From a virus, in IMG/VR virus record IMGVR_UViG_3300036794_000042, positions 9,465-73,464 of that record: a stretch of DNA of 64,000 nt; one strand, given 5' to 3'. The position numbers and the translations under genes were made by a program. The notes under the pieces were generated by a model. The model was given only the letters and a program-made list of their open reading frames with translations, had not been told where the DNA came from and did no database searches. Shown piece by piece: positions 61,242 to 64,000 of the stretch. Within the stretch, counting starts at the first letter, position 1. Each line of letters begins with the position of its first letter.

Positions 61242-63031
61242 CTGTCTTTGAGGATGGAGCCGGCCCAGGTGATCGGCACCGCGAAGCTGGTGCGGTCGGT
61301 CAGGATGCGGGTGGCCTCAGCCAGCGCCTCAGCGGCCAGCTTCTCGGGCACCTCCATCAGGATCTCGTCATGGATGGGCAGCCGCAGGTACTCACCGAAA
61401 CCGGCTGCCTCCAGGTTGACGATGCCGCGCTTCATCGTCTCGGCCGCCGATCCCTGGATCTTGTAGTTGAGCAGGGCGTACTCCTTACCCTTCTCCGAGT
61501 ACAGGCGGCGGCCGGTCAGGGTGCGGACCTCGGGCCGCCGCATCCGCTTGCCGTCGTTGATCAGCTTGTTCATCAGCGCGTTCACGCCGGGGTAGAGCTG
61601 CTGGAAGCCCATATAGCTCGGCCGCATCACCTCCACCGGGACGCCAGCCGTGACCGCTGCCTTCTCCAGGCCGGCCCCGTAGATCTGGCCGTAGGTGGCG
61701 TTCTTGGTCCGGGTGTACCGGGGGTCCTTCTTGCTGATCGTCTCGCCAAAGATCTTGGACGCCATGATGATGAAGAACGACTGGCCGGTGCGGTCCGCCT
61801 CGATGAAGTCCGCGATCATCTGCCGGTCACCGCTGAAGTGCGCGGCCTTGCGCGCCTCGATCTGGTCCGCGTCGATCGAGATGAAGACGTGCCCCGGCCG
61901 TGGCCGGTACGCACCCCGGATGTAGGGCTCATCGCGGTCATAGGTCTGCATCGGCGGATCTGTGATGCTCATCCGGGTGGTCCGGGCGCGGGACGTCCAG
62001 ATGGTGTAGTGCATGATCTGGTCCGCGTCGGCCATCTCCAGGAACTTGCCCAGGTAGCGGCCGATGATCGCCTCGCCCTTGCGGCTCCACTGGATCGCGG
62101 CCAGCAGGTCGCGGGCGTGCGGATAGGTGTTGCGGTACAGCTTCAGGGCGTCCTTGCTGATGGACGGCTGGCCGCCATCGGTGAAGACCAGGGTGGGCAC
62201 GCCAGCCGCATTGAGCGCCCGGCCGACCTGCTGGTTGCTGTTCACCGAGCTGATGCCGTGCTCGCGCAGGATGACGCTGGCCTGGGCCAGGTAGCCCTCG
62301 ATCCGGGCGATGGCACCCTGGATGTAGGGCACGTCGATCATCATGCCGGTCATCATCATGTTCGCGCAGATCCGCAGGGTGGCGCGCTCCAGGTCGTAGC
62401 TCTCGCGGAACTGGGTGGTCACCGTGCGGCCGTACTTGTCCCAGAGCCAGGCCGTCAGGACCGGATCGAGCGCGCCATAGGCCCAGTACGGTCCCCAGCT
62501 CACCGGCACCGTGGCCCAGGTCCAGTGCTGCTTCAGCATCCCGGCGTGCATCATCTGCTCGCCCGCGATGGCCCGGGGGTCCACCTCGATCGCGGCGCGC
62601 GGCTTCAGCTTGGCGGTCCGCAGCGAGTCCGCGATGTGGCCGCCGATCAGCGTGTCATGGGTGCGCTCCCAGCGCGGCTCGAAGCCCTCCCAGATCTTCA
62701 GCACCCGGTTGTCATAGGGGCTGTTGTGCGCCACCAGCTCGCCGTCATAGCGGCTCAGGATCTCGGTCGCGGCCCCGCCCCAGCCCCGCGCCGGGAAGGC
62801 CCAGCCGTGGCGCTTGTCCCCGATCTGGATCAGCCGGTCCGGGTGGCGGTGCGGCTCCAGGCCCGCGCTCTCGGTGTCGAACGCCAGCGGTGTCTCACGG
62901 CGCTCAGCGGCCCAGCGCCAGCACGCGACCAGCTCGGCCATGTTGTCCACCAGGTGCAGCTTCACGCCGTCCAGCGGGCTCCCTGACGTCCGCGCGGGGC
63001 TGTTATCGCGGACGGCCGGCAGGCTGGTCAC
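61226..63031 (-). CDS. polA: DNA polymerase I (family A) with 3'-5' exonuclease
   Basis: ExoI AFDTES, ExoII HNSPYD, ExoIII YGALD; motif A IDADQIEAR, motif B RTKNATYGQIYG, motif C IHDE. Confidence 0.95.
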   Translation of the reverse strand: MTSLPAVRDNSPARTSGSPLDGVKLHLVDNMAELVACWRWAAERRETPLAFDTESAGLEPHRHPDRLIQIGDKRHGWAFPARGWGGAATEILSRYDGELVAHNSPYDNRVLKIWEGFEPRWERTHDTLIGGHIADSLRTAKLKPRAAIEVDPRAIAGEQMMHAGMLKQHWTWATVPVSWGPYWAYGALDPVLTAWLWDKYGRTVTTQFRESYDLERATLRICANMMMTGMMIDVPYIQGAIARIEGYLAQASVILREHGISSVNSNQQVGRALNAAGVPTLVFTDGGQPSISKDALKLYRNTYPHARDLLAAIQWSRKGEAIIGRYLGKFLEMADADQIMHYTIWTSRARTTRMSITDPPMQTYDRDEPYIRGAYRPRPGHVFISIDADQIEARKAAHFSGDRQMIADFIEADRTGQSFFIIMASKIFGETISKKDPRYTRTKNATYGQIYGAGLEKAAVTAGVPVEVMRPSYMGFQQLYPGVNALMNKLINDGKRMRRPEVRTLTGRRLYSEKGKEYALLNYKIQGSAAETMKRGIVNLEAAGFGEYLRLPIHDEILMEVPEKLAAEALAEATRILTDRTSFAVPITWAGSILKDRWVKT

Positions 63032-63276
63032 TTAGTCACCCGGATCTGGACGCCATCGCCCTGGCTGAGCCGGGCAGCTTCCTCACAGCTCAGCAGGACG
63101 CGGCAGCCCAGGCGCGGGCAGACCCAGTGGTGGGTAACAATGTCGTGGATCATCAGCGCATCGTGATCATCGCAGTACACAGGCAGGGTGGCCTTCTCCG
63201 GTGGTCGCGGGGCAAGACCAGGCTGCATGACCCAGCTATCGGGCCATGCAGCCTGGAGCCGCTTCAGTACGCTCAC
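63028..63276 (-). CDS. Hypothetical protein (Cys/His motifs)
   Basis: YC..H....WVCP..GC. Confidence 0.55.
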   Translation of the reverse strand: MSVLKRLQAAWPDSWVMQPGLAPRPPEKATLPVYCDDHDALMIHDIVTHHWVCPRLGCRVLLSCEEAARLSQGDGVQIRVTK

Positions 63277-63452
63277 AGCGCCCGCAGGCCGTGGTTGGTA
63301 CCACCGGCCTTGGCCGCCTTGGCGTCCTTCTTGGTCACCTCACCCTGGCGGGCCGCGACCTGCTTGAGCGTCTTCGGGCTGGCCTTGGTGTTGTGCGCGA
63401 CACCCTTGTTCAGGTGCTGCTTGGGCAGGTGCCCGGTGTGCTTACCGCCCAT
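63273..63452 (-). CDS. Small basic protein (59 aa, not in the ORF track)
   Basis: GAGGAAG RBS; MGGKHTGHLPKQHLNKG...GLRAL; GTGA coupling to the next gene. Confidence 0.55.
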   Translation of the reverse strand: MGGKHTGHLPKQHLNKGVAHNTKASPKTLKQVAARQGEVTKKDAKAAKAGGTNHGLRAL

Positions 63453-63464
63453 GATCTTCCTCCC

Positions 63465-63794
63465 TTACCAGCCGACGCCAGTCTTGCCCGGCCCGAGCCC
63501 GTTCTGCTCGCGGGTCTTCTGGACCAGCTCATCCACCCACTCTGACCTGTCCGGGGGCATCATGCGGGTGACTGCCCTGGCGGACAGCTTCCCGCTCTTG
63601 AGGATCACCCGGCCACGGGCGGCCACGGAGGGATGATCCTCGCCCCGGCGCATGGTGATGTTCAGGTGCTCCGGCCGCAGCATCCTGCCGTCGCTGTAGA
63701 GCGGCGGCAGGTCCGGCCAGGCTTCCTCGCCCAGGGATTCCTCCCGGGACAGGTGGATGCGCCAGAACTCACCGTGCTCAATCTCGGTGATCAT
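63465..63794 (-). CDS. Hypothetical protein
   Basis: ATGA overlap. Confidence 0.55.
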   Translation of the reverse strand: MITEIEHGEFWRIHLSREESLGEEAWPDLPPLYSDGRMLRPEHLNITMRRGEDHPSVAARGRVILKSGKLSARAVTRMMPPDRSEWVDELVQKTREQNGLGPGKTGVGW

Positions 63795-64000
63795 GGCCTG
63801 CTCGCTGACATCCGGCCCATCAGCGGCTCGATCTCTGCCGGCAGCTTCCGCACCCAGCCCTCATCCGTCTTCCGGGTGATGGTCCAGACGGTCTTGGCCC
63901 TGGTGTCGGCGGTGTTGCCGCGCGGGCCGGTTGGCCGGTCAGGGCCGTTAGACATGGCGCGGTACCGCTGGCCGGTGATGGTCACCGAGATCCACTCTCC
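63791..64000 (-). CDS. Hypothetical protein, possibly truncated at window edge
   Basis: Open frame reaching the right edge. Confidence 0.4.
   Translation of the reverse strand, partial: GEWISVTITGQRYRAMSNGPDRPTGPRGNTADTRAKTVWTITRKTDEGWVRKLPAEIEPLMGRMSASRP

Noticed and set aside
61226-63031. Z-base (2-aminoadenine) DpoZ system
   Set aside because: No purZ, datZ or mazZ gene in the window; motif deviations alone do not support it.
1-64000. Integrase/attP, rRNA or tRNA genes
   Set aside because: No tyrosine or serine recombinase motifs and no rRNA- or tRNA-like sequence recognised; the window does not cover the whole genome, so absence is not proven.

Overview
The window is a contiguous 64-kb piece of a high-GC (about 69% by eye) tailed dsDNA phage. 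It is a siphovirus-type actinobacteriophage with a Mu-like head module; neither genome end is in the window. Layout: (i) 1-6.7 kb, small + strand hypothetical genes; (ii) 6.8-9 kb, a secreted LysM/Rpf-like transglycosylase and a papain-like peptidase; (iii) 9-44.5 kb, terminase, DUF935-type portal, MuF, four large unusual head-region genes, Mu-I-like protease/scaffold, capsid, neck, tail tube, chaperones, tape measure (NlpC/P60 + SLT), baseplate and fibre; (iv) 44.5-46.7 kb, lysis region with a GH25 endolysin; (v) 46.8-64 kb on the - strand, accessory membrane and secreted genes (including an Ltp-type lipoprotein), DUF932, a Sak4/Cas4-like recombination module, SNF2 helicase, Lsr2, a RuvC-like nuclease and PolA. 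No integrase, tRNA, rRNA or CRISPR array was seen. The best candidate for an undescribed system is the 6.5-kb cluster between MuF and the prohead protease. Its four proteins are built from modules that mostly start with an [I/L/V]-[E/D]-[L/M]-small motif (also present in the protease/scaffold), often followed by an aromatic-x-E/Q-x-R-x-x-x-G-x-W motif. Cargo domains include a gluzincin metalloprotease and a membrane hairpin, so the cluster looks like a protease-processed, capsid-packaged effector set. Other notable signals: a near-perfect host-type parS site, two Lsr2-family proteins that both lack the RGR AT-hook, a stand-alone secreted Rpf, an inverted pair of lysis-type membrane genes with their own promoter, a repeated intergenic TGTCAACA motif, and several structured intergenic RNA candidates. 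All family assignments come from motif recognition by eye; no database searches were run.
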